This document shows positions 1-9,105 of a stretch of DNA of 14,378 nucleotides, piece after piece. Position numbers and translations under genes: made by a program. The notes below the pieces were generated by a model. The model was not told where the DNA came from and did not search any database. It saw only the letters and a list, made by a program, of their open reading frames with translations. This stretch comes from a virus (Duplodnaviria; Heunggongvirae; Uroviricota; Caudoviricetes), in the IMG/VR virus record IMGVR_UViG_2721755663_000005; one strand, given 5' to 3'. Position 1 is the first letter of the stretch. Each line of letters begins with the position of its first letter.

Positions 1-235
1 AACACCCTCAGACATTATCAATTTTAGATATAGTATGTCCTTGGCGTAGATTTCTCAAGAGTGTAAACAAGGGGGGAGACTTATGCTGGAAACTTGGGAA
101 AAAGCGACTGTTATTTTGTTCAGTAAACACCATGTAAACACACTGCCAACTGGCAACCATTCAATACTCACACCATCGAACGGACTTCAGCTGACCGCGA
201 CCTGTTTCTTCATTCTCGGATAGCGGCATTCATCT

Positions 236-823
236 TTATGCTGGTTTTGCTGGCCAAGTGATGTCAGGTGCTTTCGATGTATCGACCTCCTGAAGTGCTT
301 TAATGTACCAAATCCACGCAATCAGACTCGTCTTATCTTCGTCGCTAATGATTCCCAATTGCAGTTCAGTTGTCCAGAAACTGATCTTTTCCTTAGCTTT
401 TACCAATAGAATAGCTTTTTGCTTATCAGCCACTTCAACATCAGCTGCATACTTAGCATTTGGGTCTGATACCCACTTTTTCCCATCCCATTTCTGGAAC
501 GGATCAGAAGGAGCAATATTGGTATAGCCATTATTAATAGGACCAATATAGTCGATAGTATGAGGCATACCGTCAGTAGTTGAATAAACTGTCTTACCTC
601 GATGGTCTTCTTTCAAGACCCATCCTCCATTTTCGAATACAGCAACCTTTCCTGTTAGTTCATTACCCGGATCAATATCGGTAGAATTACCCGGCATACT
701 GACGCCAATATTAATATATTCGTCTGACCATCCTATATATTCAAAAGTTACTATATCGTAGTAATAGCAGCGGATTTCACCCGGTTCCGTTGCCAGTCCA
801 TTTTCATCAAAAACAGGTTTCAT
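236..823 (-). CDS. Tail fiber assembly protein (lambda Tfa-family chaperone)
   Basis: 195-aa ORF with Tfa-family hallmark motifs (EDHRGKTVY, NSTDIxP, QKWxGxxWV, VDTSxAPDIxWPA). Its start overlaps the stop of the upstream fibre gene by 1 nt. The region is visibly more AT-rich than the rest of the tail module. Confidence 0.8.
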   Translation of the reverse strand: MKPVFDENGLATEPGEIRCYYYDIVTFEYIGWSDEYINIGVSMPGNSTDIDPGNELTGKVAVFENGGWVLKEDHRGKTVYSTTDGMPHTIDYIGPINNGYTNIAPSDPFQKWDGKKWVSDPNAKYAADVEVADKQKAILLVKAKEKISFWTTELQLGIISDEDKTSLIAWIWYIKALQEVDTSKAPDITWPAKPA

Positions 824-1581
824 TATTTAGCCCTTACTAAAAAGTTAAATGTGATATTGCGGGGACGTGTTTCGTTGCCTCCAGGATTTTGGAATGCAGG
901 TAAAGCTCCCCCTATCGGCTGACTGATTCCGTTGGTATATAAAGGAGCTGCATTCGATATTGTACCAAACACTACATTGCTACCATTTCCGCTTGTCCCT
1001 AAAAATTTATGCTCATGCATTTTGAAGTCATCTGCTTGTGCAGAAAGTAAGGTTCGCCCTCTATCCACCCCGCGCCCATCATCCCAGATACGAATAAAAT
1101 CACCCCGTGCGTCAGGTAATGCTAGCGCCGGAAACACTTTCGCCAGCACAGGGTAATCAGTGGCAGAGAATTTCGCGCCGTTGAACTTCAAAAACACCAT
1201 ACTGGACCAACTGTCGATTACAGTATTTGGCATTGCGGCGGACGGCCAGAAGAACGGAACACCAATAGCTGGAGCACCTTCTCCCAAACCAAGATTTTCG
1301 AGAGCCGTTTTCACCGTGCCATCCGATTTGATATCACCAAACGGATTCTTGCGGCTTAACAGCAGCGCGCGAAGTGCGGTAAGCAACTGATCGTGCCGCC
1401 CCTTCTCCAGGCTGGCACCGGATGCCTCCACCACGCTGCAAAGCTCCTCCTGCAACATGTCAAAGTAGTCATCATCCAGATCGGTGGCAGGCGCACCGGT
1501 CTGGGGGTTACCACGGGTAAAACCGTTCTTACCCGCGCCGAACTTATCCTTCTGCGCGGTTTTCGTGTCTATACGATGCAT
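823..1581 (-). CDS. Short tail fibre protein, C-terminal part resembling a phage tail-collar domain
   Basis: 252-aa ORF immediately downstream of the gp48-like gene and upstream of the Tfa chaperone. N-terminus ([29 protein letters not shown]...[14 protein letters not shown]) is of a type I recall from enterobacterial prophage fibre proteins; the C-terminal Gly/Asn-rich region is collar-like. Assignment from position and recalled similarity only. Confidence 0.65.
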   Translation of the reverse strand: MHRIDTKTAQKDKFGAGKNGFTRGNPQTGAPATDLDDDYFDMLQEELCSVVEASGASLEKGRHDQLLTALRALLLSRKNPFGDIKSDGTVKTALENLGLGEGAPAIGVPFFWPSAAMPNTVIDSWSSMVFLKFNGAKFSATDYPVLAKVFPALALPDARGDFIRIWDDGRGVDRGRTLLSAQADDFKMHEHKFLGTSGNGSNVVFGTISNAAPLYTNGISQPIGGALPAFQNPGGNETRPRNITFNFLVRAK

Positions 1582-1584
1582 GGA

Positions 1585-2169
1585 TTACTCCGGATATTTA
1601 AAAATTACGTAGGTATGCGACGGGCAGAGTTTGTTAAGCACACACTCGACAACGGTGTCGCCCCAGATACGCAGTGCGGAATCACAGGGATCGCCACATG
1701 TCATCCAGGTGGTGTTGGTGGCGGCTGGCATGTTGATCTGCCAGTAATACCGCCATTCCGGCGCATTCACCGCGTCAGTACAGGCCGATGAGCAGGTGAA
1801 CGTGCTTTTGTCGTATCGCGTGATGGTAGCATCTGGTCTGCCCAGGGCAGCAAGCTGTGCAAGATAAAAATCCTCGTTGATGCCACCCGACAGGTTAACC
1901 TTCGCATCCAGCCGTTGCTGGCGCTGGCGAAGGGTCTGTGTCCCTGTAGGAATACATTCATCCGGCAGGCCGCACAGACGCTCCCAGCGGTTTATCAGTT
2001 CGGTGGTGGTGCGCGGATCCAGCTCCCGCATCAGGGCATCCGCACGCTGATGAACACGGGTTAATGACGGTGCCGTACCGGCAATCGCCGGATCGCTGGC
2101 TGACCACGCCGGACCGGGCGGCAGCAGTGCCGACAACAGACGGATGTAATCATCGTTTGTCACGTCCAT
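1585..2169 (-). CDS. Mu gp48-like tail protein (YmfQ/DUF2313-like)
   Basis: 194-aa ORF in the conserved position between the J-like baseplate gene and the fibre gene; 10-nt overlap with the upstream gene. Family assignment from synteny and recalled similarity. Confidence 0.6.
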   Translation of the reverse strand: MDVTNDDYIRLLSALLPPGPAWSASDPAIAGTAPSLTRVHQRADALMRELDPRTTTELINRWERLCGLPDECIPTGTQTLRQRQQRLDAKVNLSGGINEDFYLAQLAALGRPDATITRYDKSTFTCSSACTDAVNAPEWRYYWQINMPAATNTTWMTCGDPCDSALRIWGDTVVECVLNKLCPSHTYVIFKYPE

Positions 2170-3218
2170 GAAATCGTCCCCAGAACCGCCAGTTCATTTT
2201 TTGCAATGGAGATATTGTCCGCCGGTGCAAGCAATTGATGGCTGTATTCCCCGTTCGCACCGGAAATCGCCTCACTGATACGCGATACCTTCAGTTCTCC
2301 CTGCGGATAACCATCACGCAGCAGGAACGAACGCAACTCGGCGGTGATGGCAGCCCGTATTTCCGGTGTGTCCGGCGTCACGCGGATATGAAAATCCACT
2401 TTATGCGCCACCGGCCTGAATACATACAAATCAGAGCCTGCCACCGGGGCCAGTGGCTCGATATGTTGTCTTGCCGCCGTTTCCGTTGACTCTTCCGGAA
2501 TGGGATTAATCAGGTCACTGCTGGCAATCATCACACCGACAGTCCCCGTTCCCATCCAGTGTCGGTATGTCCATGCGCGGGTAATGCCGGGCACTTCTTT
2601 AGCCCAGACGACATAGTCCCCGTCAGCCCCGCCCTGAGGCGTCCAGTAATACCGCTCAATGACGCGGGCGCGCCACGTTTCCAGCTCTTCAGTATCAAAT
2701 CCGCCTGTCAGGGTGTCAGCCACACCGGAAGACGGCAGACCATTCACCGGCGTGACCAGGATTAATGCCGTACCGTCGTCAGCGTTACCGACCGCGCCTG
2801 TAGTTGAGCAAGTGATCGGCACACGCAGGACGCCACCAGTGCTGGTTGCATCGGCAGTTGCCGTGTACTGAACCAGGTCATCGCGCTGAATAACACTCCC
2901 GGCGGTCACCTTCAGGCCATCGCTGACACCTTCCCAGCGCATATACCCGCTGGCAGCCGTGGCCCCCTTGCGCGGACACCGTTTCATCGCAGCATGTCGC
3001 GCCAGCCAGGACTCATCGCACAGATCAGGCAGCATGTTCATTGCCAGATAATCGATGTAACCGTAAACCGTATGCAGCGCCGCCGCATACACCTTTGCCC
3101 GCACGTCTTCATCCATGCGCCGGAGCGTGTCGCTGACGTCCAGCCTGGCGAATAAATCGTTACGGAGCATACTGATATTTTCTGCCAGCGTCGGGCGCTG
3201 AAATTCACTGTCCGCCAT
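2160..3218 (-). CDS. Baseplate J-like protein (Mu gp47 / P2 gpJ family)
   Basis: 352-aa ORF at the size and position expected for the J-like baseplate wedge protein in a Mu-type tail operon; overlaps the gp46-like gene by 14 nt. Confidence 0.7.
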   Translation of the reverse strand: MADSEFQRPTLAENISMLRNDLFARLDVSDTLRRMDEDVRAKVYAAALHTVYGYIDYLAMNMLPDLCDESWLARHAAMKRCPRKGATAASGYMRWEGVSDGLKVTAGSVIQRDDLVQYTATADATSTGGVLRVPITCSTTGAVGNADDGTALILVTPVNGLPSSGVADTLTGGFDTEELETWRARVIERYYWTPQGGADGDYVVWAKEVPGITRAWTYRHWMGTGTVGVMIASSDLINPIPEESTETAARQHIEPLAPVAGSDLYVFRPVAHKVDFHIRVTPDTPEIRAAITAELRSFLLRDGYPQGELKVSRISEAISGANGEYSHQLLAPADNISIAKNELAVLGTISWT

Positions 3219-3633
3219 GCGTTATCGCACTCCACAGATCATCAAAAGAAATCATTACCGGTCCGTCACGACGCCAGAGAGTGATACTGTTACCCAGTTC
3301 ATTAATCCCGGTGCGGCGGATATCCAGATCAATACGGGACACCACGCCATCATCAATCATCCATTGCAGGCATTCGCGGATATACCCCCTTACCGTCTGC
3401 ACCAGCTGATTGGTCAGTTTGCTGCGCTGAAGCAGCCACAGTCGGGAGCCGTAACGGTCATTCTGTACCGCAGGCCAGGTATCCCCCCACCATCCCATCG
3501 GGACGTCGGCGTTGTCATCAGGCTCCGCCCGCCGCCAGGTAAACAGGGAAATCACCACGGCGCGGGTCAGCGGATCCAGCGGTGCGCTGGCGCAGGTGCG
3601 TTTACCGTTCACCGTCAGCCACAGTTCCATCAT
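3205..3633 (-). CDS. Mu gp46-like baseplate protein (phage GP46 family)
   Basis: 142-aa ORF between the gp45/V-like and J-like genes; 4-nt start/stop overlap with the upstream gene. Confidence 0.65.
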   Translation of the reverse strand: MMELWLTVNGKRTCASAPLDPLTRAVVISLFTWRRAEPDDNADVPMGWWGDTWPAVQNDRYGSRLWLLQRSKLTNQLVQTVRGYIRECLQWMIDDGVVSRIDLDIRRTGINELGNSITLWRRDGPVMISFDDLWSAITHGGQ

Positions 3634-4178
3634 GCCTCCATCGCTTTATCAGGTTTGTCGGTGTTACTGCCCTGACCGTTCTCTCTGTGACGATGCCCGT
3701 TATAGGCAAGCCGCATCGCTGACATGGTGGTGCCGCTGGAGTCGCACAGGTCTTTCACCTGTCCTGTCACTTCCAGGTCCATTTCAAAACGTGCTTTAGG
3801 TGAATTGCGAAACGTGATCGTTTTACCTGCACCGTCCACCACGATCCCCTCCCGGGTCAGCGTCACAGACTGCCCCTGATCGTCATAGACAGCCACCTCA
3901 CCCGTCTGCAGCCCTTTCAGGCGGTAACGCCGATCCGACACCGTAACAACCACCGCATGAGAACGGTCGCCATCCGGAAACAACACCACCGCTTCCGCAC
4001 CGCTGTTTGCCCTTGCGGTAAAACCGTAAGGTTCAAGATGTTCAACCCCGGCTTTGGGTTCACCGGCAATCAGGGACACATCCACGGTCTGACATTTCGT
4101 TGCGGCACTGATGCTTTTCACCACGGCCCGCCCAATCAGCCCGAGGAGTTGTCGCTGTATGGTTTCAATCGCCCTCAT
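3630..4178 (-). CDS. Baseplate assembly protein V / central spike (Mu gp45-like)
   Basis: 182-aa ORF directly downstream of the P-like gene, sharing 1 nt with its stop. Size and order fit the gpV/gp45 spike family. Confidence 0.65.
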   Translation of the reverse strand: MRAIETIQRQLLGLIGRAVVKSISAATKCQTVDVSLIAGEPKAGVEHLEPYGFTARANSGAEAVVLFPDGDRSHAVVVTVSDRRYRLKGLQTGEVAVYDDQGQSVTLTREGIVVDGAGKTITFRNSPKARFEMDLEVTGQVKDLCDSSGTTMSAMRLAYNGHRHRENGQGSNTDKPDKAMEA

Positions 4179-4829
4179 CAGAACGGGTCCTCCTGTACTC
4201 TGGCTTTTTTCTTTTTCCGCGCGCCGGGATCTTCGGGTTCAGGCAGATAAGCATCAGGCGGGCCGACACGGATTTCCGTCAGGGTGCCGTTCTGGTCCTG
4301 AGTAAACGTGACTTCCGAAACAAGCAGTTCGGTATTGTCGAAACCACAGACCGGATCAAAGACAATCACCCGCTGGTTGGGCTGCCACAGCGTACCGTTA
4401 CCCTGTCGCCAGCCCTGCACCACATAGGTGGTTTCATCCGTCCGCGCCGCCCGTTGTCGGGCTTCAAAGTCAGCACGCGCAATACAGCCTGCCCCCGTGG
4501 CCTGCCCTGTCTGCCTGATATACATCGGACGGTAACGGGCAATAAATGCGTCCTCTGTGCGGGCCCGCAGCGCGGTGGTGGTGGCCTCACCGAAATCATC
4601 GTCGTTTCCGGCACGCTGCCCCGCCACCTGGTAAACTGAAAACCGCTCCCGGATACTCTTCTCCGTATCACAGGAAAGGATGTTTTCCCCAAGTACCAGC
4701 GCGGTATGTGCCCGCGTTGAGCCAATACCGCCAATCACCAGCCTGCCGTGCGGGTCGTCGTAAGCCAGCGCCTGCTGCTGACCGAGTATTTTGTTGATTA
4801 CCTCAATCACCGTTTCACCGTGATCAGGC
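4178..4829 (-). pseudogene. Mu P (gp44)-like baseplate protein, C-terminal segment, separated from its N-terminal segment by an IS66-family insertion
   Basis: The ORF-track ORF 4178..4912 begins with 27 codons encoded by the IS terminus. From the duplicated GATCAGGC (4822..4829) downward the frame continues ...PDHGETVIEV..., in register with the N-terminal segment at 7285..7720. Confidence 0.75.
4822..4829. repeat. Target-site duplication GATCAGGC (left copy) of the IS66-family element
   Basis: Identical 8-mer at 7285..7292, directly abutting the other IS terminus. Confidence 0.85.
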
Positions 4830-4910
4830 GTAAGCGTCGTCTCAGCACCGTCTGGCAGATCCTGAAATTCCTGAGAGAATAGTGGACACCAAATATGGTG
4901 GACGCAATCC

Positions 4911-5315
4911 ATGAAATCATTAACCGCAGTGCGTAAAAAAAGCCCTAATTATCCCGTTGAGTTCAAAATCAAAATGGTTGAACTCTCGCATCGACCAGAG
5001 ATCTCCGTAGCGCAACTCGCTCGTGAGCATGGGATCAACGATAATTTGCTGTTCAAGTGGCGCCAGTACTGGCGCGAAGGAAAACTACGTCCTCCTTCAA
5101 CAACAGAAAACAACGTGCCTGAGCTGCTCCCGATAACACTTGATGCCGAAGATGTTGTCCCTACAACCTCCCCCCGGTCACAACCTGTAGCTGCTGCGAC
5201 ACCTGAATCACTCAATATCAGCTGTGAAGTGACGTTCCGGCACGGATCACTCCGTCTGAATGGTGCCATCAGCGAAAATATCCTGAACCTGCTGATACGG
5301 GAGCTCAAACGTTGA
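4911..5315 (+). CDS. tnpA: IS66-family accessory protein TnpA (orfA)
   Basis: 134-aa ORF starting 81 bp inside the IS left end; first of the three-gene layout. Confidence 0.75.
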   Translation: MKSLTAVRKKSPNYPVEFKIKMVELSHRPEISVAQLAREHGINDNLLFKWRQYWREGKLRPPSTTENNVPELLPITLDAEDVVPTTSPRSQPVAAATPESLNISCEVTFRHGSLRLNGAISENILNLLIRELKR

Positions 5316-5659
5316 TCCCATTACCATCAGGGACAAAGATCTGGCTGGTCGCTGGCATCACCGATATGAGAAACGGCTTCAACGGCCTGGCGGCAAAGGT
5401 GCAGACGACGCTGAAAGACGATCCGATGTCAGGTCACGTTTTTATCTTCCGTGGGCGTAATGGCAGTCAGGTAAAGCTCCTCTGGTCTACCGGCGATGGA
5501 CTGTGTCTGCTGACCAAACGGCTGGAGCGCGGCCGCTTCGCCTGGCCGTCAGCCCGGGATGGCAAAGTGTTCCTCACACCGGCACAGCTGGCGATGCTGC
5601 TGGAAGGTATCGACTGGCGGCAGCCTAAAAGACTGCTTACGTCCCTGACTATGTTGTAA
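5312..5659 (+). CDS. tnpB: IS66-family TnpB (orfB)
   Basis: 115-aa ORF with the conserved N-terminus MIPLPSGTKIWLVAGITDMR...; ATGA overlap with tnpA. Confidence 0.85.
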   Translation: MIPLPSGTKIWLVAGITDMRNGFNGLAAKVQTTLKDDPMSGHVFIFRGRNGSQVKLLWSTGDGLCLLTKRLERGRFAWPSARDGKVFLTPAQLAMLLEGIDWRQPKRLLTSLTML

Positions 5660-5707
5660 GCCTCTTTATCCTGGTCGACGCTGAATGAGCCTGGTAATAT
5701 ACCCGGT

Positions 5708-7247
5708 ATGAGCAGCTCACTTCCTGACGATATCAATGCACTGAAACGTCTCCTTGCCGAACAGGAGGCGCTGAACCGTGCCCTGCAGGAAAAGCTGAAC
5801 GAGCGTGAACGCGAAATAGACCATCTGCAGGCACAGCTGGATAAGCTGCGCCGGATGAACTTCGGCAGCCGCTCGGAAAAAGTCTCCCGTCGTATCGCAC
5901 AGATGGAAGCTGACCTGAAGGCACTTCAGAAAGAAAGTGATACCCTTACCGGTCGGGTTGACGACCCGGCCGTGCAGCGCCCGCTGCGTCAAACCCGCAC
6001 CCGCAAACCGTTCCCCGAATCACTCCCCCGCGATGAAAAACGGCTGCTGCCGGCAGCGTCATGCTGCCCGGAATGTGGAGGCTCGCTGAGCTATCTGGGT
6101 GAGGATGCCGCCGAACAGCTGGAGCTGATGCGCAGCGCCTTCCGGGTTATCCGGACTGTACGTGAAAAGCATGCCTGTACTCAGTGCGATGCCATCGTGC
6201 AGGCCCCCGCGCCTTCACGGCCCATCGAGCGGGGTATCGCAGGACCGGGGCTGCTGGCCCGCGTGCTGATCTCAAAGTATGCAGAGCACACCCCGCTGTA
6301 CCGCCAGTCTGAAATGTACGGCCGCCAGGGCGTGGAGCTGAGTCGTTCACTGCTGTCGGGCTGGGTGGATGCATGCTGCCGGCTACTGTCACCGCTGGAA
6401 GAAGCGCTTCAGGACTATGTGCTGACTGACGGTAAGCTCCATGCTGATGACACGCCTGTCCCGGTGCTGTTGCCAGGCAATAAGAAAACGAAGACCGGGC
6501 GGTTATGGACCTACGTTCGTGACGACCGTAACGCCGGGTCAACGCTGGCGCCGGCGGTGTGGTTCGCTTACAGCCCGGACAGAAAAGGCATCCATCCGCA
6601 GACCCATCTTGCGGGGTTCAGTGGTGTACTGCAGGCGGATGCATACGCCGGGTTCAACGAGCTGTACCGGGATGGCCGGATAACGGAAGCCGCCTGTTGG
6701 GCTCACCGCCCGCCGTAAAATCCACGATGTGCACGTTCGCACCCCGTCAGCCCTGACGGAGGAAGCGCTGAAACGGATCGGCGAACTGTACGCCATCGAG
6801 GCAGAGATAAGGGGAATGACGGCGGAGCAGCGCCTTGCCGAACGTCAGTTGAAAACGAAACCGCTGCTGAAATCCCTGGAAAGCTGGCTGCGTGAAAAGA
6901 TGAAAACCCTGTCGCGACACTCAGAACTGGCGAAAGCGTTCGCATACGCCCTGAACCAGTGGCCGGCGCTGACGTACTATGCAGATGATGGCTGGGCTGA
7001 GGCGGACAATAACATCGCTGAAAATGCGTTGCGGATGGTCAGTCTGGGCCGCAAAAACTACCTGTTCTTCGGTTCGGATCATGGAGGAGAGCGGGGAGCG
7101 CTGCTGTACAGCCTGATCGGGACGTGCAAACTGAACGGAGTGGAGCCAGAAAGCTACCTCCGCTATGTCCTTGACGTCATAGCCGACTGGCCGATAAACC
7201 GGGTCGGCGAACTGCTCCCCTGGCGCGTAGCACTGCCGACTGAATAA
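5708..7247 (+). pseudogene. tnpC: IS66-family transposase TnpC, disrupted by a frameshift near 6700..6715
   Basis: Transposase-like translation runs 5708..6718 (ending ...[10 protein letters not shown]) and resumes in another frame through 6729..7247 (...[13 protein letters not shown]...). The break lies in a C/G-rich run, gctcaccgcccgccgtaaaatccacgat, which is a different frame from the continuation that follows. Confidence 0.75.
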
Positions 7248-7284
7248 CACATCCCCGTCAATACGGTTCTTGCTGCACGCTTAC

Positions 7285-7292
7285 GATCAGGC
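7285..7292. repeat. Target-site duplication GATCAGGC (right copy) of the IS66-family element
   Basis: Identical to 4822..4829. Confidence 0.85.
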
Positions 7293-7720
7293 TGAACATC
7301 AGGAATAACACCCGACGGCGCACCGCTGTTCACCACCTCAATGCCGAAAGGCGCAGCAAGCGCCTGCGCAATCTGCACCAGCGAGCGTCCGTTAAACTGT
7401 GTCGGTTCGGCTGCACAGTCAATCAGGTCAGCCGTCAGACTACGTCCGGCAATACCGGTGCTGACCGAACGGGCATCGTAACGAACGGGCGTCGCCTCCA
7501 CCCAGCCGGTGATCACCAGCTCATCACCAATCAGCACTTCCACTTTTGAACCGTTTTTAATGCGCGGCTGAAGCGTGGTGATACCCTCATCACCCGGCCA
7601 CTGGCGGGTGATCTCCACACTGAAATCCCGCGCCAGCCGTTCAATACCGGCACCGATGCGCACCGATGTCCAGCCATTCCACTCCCGGCCATTTACCCGT
7701 AGCGTGACATTGTCGTTCAT
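7285..7720 (-). pseudogene. Mu P (gp44)-like baseplate protein, N-terminal segment (about 145 codons), interrupted by the IS66-family element
   Basis: ORF-track ORF 7163..7720 starts MNDNVTLRVNGREWNGWTSVRIG...; its start overlaps the stop of gene N by 4 nt. Codons beyond ...DVQPD are read from the IS terminus. Confidence 0.75.
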
Positions 7721-9045
7721 TGCACTGGCACCTTCAGAGGGATCACCGGCACAAAGCCGGGATGTGTAATGGCATTACGCCGGATAATGTCCGCGTCACG
7801 CGCCGCGTTATCAAACCAGGTCGCCGCCAGCACCAGCGCGGGTAAAACCTCATCCGGCGTGCGCTGAATGATCCGTGCAGACTGTTCAAGGCGCGTGTTG
7901 ATATCCGCATTCAGATCTGCTTTCACCCGGCGCAGCGCCAGAAACAGCGCATCACTGGTTGTACGGGACAACTCCTTATCAATTGCCGTATTCAGTGTGT
8001 CGCGAATGTCAGTCAGTTCTTCCCACGTCGGCAGGTCAACCGTGTTTTTCACCGCCGGTGCATTGTTCAGTGCCGGATGCGTGACGGAAGGCCAGCCAGT
8101 GCTCTGCGCGGGTGTTGTTGCCTGCCCCACTGCGGCATTCTGCATCACCGCAGAAATTGTTGGCGCAGGCAATCGGGTGACGGCATACGCCGCTTCGCTG
8201 ATTGCGGTCGTACGAAGGGTGCTGGCAACCACGTTACGCTGCTGCGTCGCCGTGGCGGTGGTTTTACTGTCCGTTTTCCAGACGCCGCGCGGTTGCAGAT
8301 CGCTGCCGAGGCTGACACCGGAAAGCGTTTTGATCATGGTGACCAGGTCGCTGGCGTTACCATAAAGGCGTTTCCCGGTACGCCACATTTTCTGCACCTG
8401 CTCAACGAAATTTTTGCCTGACGATGGCGGCGGCAGAAGTACCGAGATATCCCCCTGCAACAGCCTGGCGGCATCCGATACGGCAGAATCCACCACTTTC
8501 ATCGCATCAGAAACATACCCAAGCATTGTGCTGGCATTACCGACGACGTCGTTCTGCACAAAATCTGCCACGCCATCGATACTGAAACCACTGAAGCTGT
8601 CACTGATGCAGTCATCCAGTGCAGAACAGGATGACATCAGCGTCTGCGCCGTCGCCGCACCTGAAGTGGGGTAAGAGAGTTCTCCCGCTTCGACAAACTT
8701 CAGGTCAAAGCGGACAATACGCCCTTCACTCTTCGATGTGCTGACCCGAACTTCCCCGTCAACACAGACTTTCAGCTCACCGTAAGTCGGATGGACAAGC
8801 GTGCCGGGACCGGGTTTATTCAGCGCGTCAATCAGGCGATCGCGCTGGTCAAAGCAGTCATCTCCCACCACATAAGCTGTGATGGACGGGCGGAAAGTGA
8901 TTTTCCCCAGGTCTTCGGTATAGGGTTTGTCGCGGTTCGGGTATTCGTGCGTTTCCACACGACGACCGGTTCCCGCACTTTCTTCTTCAACCTTAAACGG
9001 CACACCGCGAAATGACGCGTCCTGAAGTCTGTCTTTCCACGTCAT
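7717..9045 (-). CDS. DNA circulation protein N (Mu gp43-like)
   Basis: N-terminal motif ...MTWKDRLQDASFRGVPFKVEEE... is as I recall for the Mu N family. I place the start at the ATG complementary to 9043..9045 because GGAG lies 7 nt upstream; the ORF track extends the frame to 9087, where no ribosome-binding site is visible. Confidence 0.7.
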   Translation of the reverse strand: MTWKDRLQDASFRGVPFKVEEESAGTGRRVETHEYPNRDKPYTEDLGKITFRPSITAYVVGDDCFDQRDRLIDALNKPGPGTLVHPTYGELKVCVDGEVRVSTSKSEGRIVRFDLKFVEAGELSYPTSGAATAQTLMSSCSALDDCISDSFSGFSIDGVADFVQNDVVGNASTMLGYVSDAMKVVDSAVSDAARLLQGDISVLLPPPSSGKNFVEQVQKMWRTGKRLYGNASDLVTMIKTLSGVSLGSDLQPRGVWKTDSKTTATATQQRNVVASTLRTTAISEAAYAVTRLPAPTISAVMQNAAVGQATTPAQSTGWPSVTHPALNNAPAVKNTVDLPTWEELTDIRDTLNTAIDKELSRTTSDALFLALRRVKADLNADINTRLEQSARIIQRTPDEVLPALVLAATWFDNAARDADIIRRNAITHPGFVPVIPLKVPVQ

Positions 9046-9060
9046 ATAAACTCCGTACAT

Positions 9061-9083
9061 AAAAAATCCCACCGGAGTGGGAC
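9061..9083 (-). terminator. Candidate intrinsic terminator or attenuator between the tape measure gene and gene N
   Basis: On the minus strand: 6-bp stem UCCCAC/GUGGGA with 4-nt loop, followed directly by a U6 run, located between the tape-measure stop (9106) and the GGAG ribosome-binding site of N. Confidence 0.35.
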
Positions 9084-9105
9084 TCATTAACAGATTAATT
9101 TTTCA

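Larger units (their letters stand above)
4830..7284 (+). mobile_element. IS66-family insertion sequence (2455 bp) with tnpA-tnpB-tnpC organisation
   Basis: Termini begin GTAAGCGT at both ends (4830 forward, 7284 reverse) with imperfect terminal inverted repeats. Three-ORF IS66 layout, flanked by the 8-bp direct repeat GATCAGGC; 8 bp is the duplication length I recall for this family. Confidence 0.85.

Noticed and set aside
83-223. 46-aa plus-strand ORF (MLETWEKATVILFSKHH...) in the AT-rich stretch downstream of the Tfa gene
   Set aside because: Short, no recognisable motif, no convincing ribosome-binding site; cannot be distinguished from a chance ORF in AT-rich DNA. The region is better treated as unassigned.
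1-235. Possible second att core (copy of the thrW 3' end) at the left edge
   Set aside because: Looked for the reverse complement of the tRNA 3' end (tggtgccgataatagg...) in 1..235 and did not see it; the other prophage boundary is presumably outside the window.
823-1581. Gin/Pin-type 26-bp crossover site inside the fibre gene
   Set aside because: No convincing match to the gix/hix-type sequence found by eye; a proper pattern search is needed before claiming an invertible segment.
1393-1791. 132-aa plus-strand ORF (and similar ones at 932..1156, 1160..1390, 2235..2489, 2559..2871, 3217..3675, 3957..4250)
   Set aside because: All lie antisense within well-supported minus-strand tail genes and have low-complexity, Arg/Pro/Gly-rich translations typical of spurious frames in GC-rich coding DNA.
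5717-6945. Minus-strand ORFs within the IS66-family element (5717..5992, 5733..5924, 6147..6542, 6539..6796, 6703..6945, 6921..7250 region)
   Set aside because: Antisense to tnpC; the plus-strand frames carry the recognisable transposase sequence.
7868-8674. Plus-strand ORFs 7868..8365, 8077..8421 and 8414..8674 inside gene N
   Set aside because: Antisense to a confidently assigned coding region; Cys/Arg-rich composition and no ribosome-binding site context.
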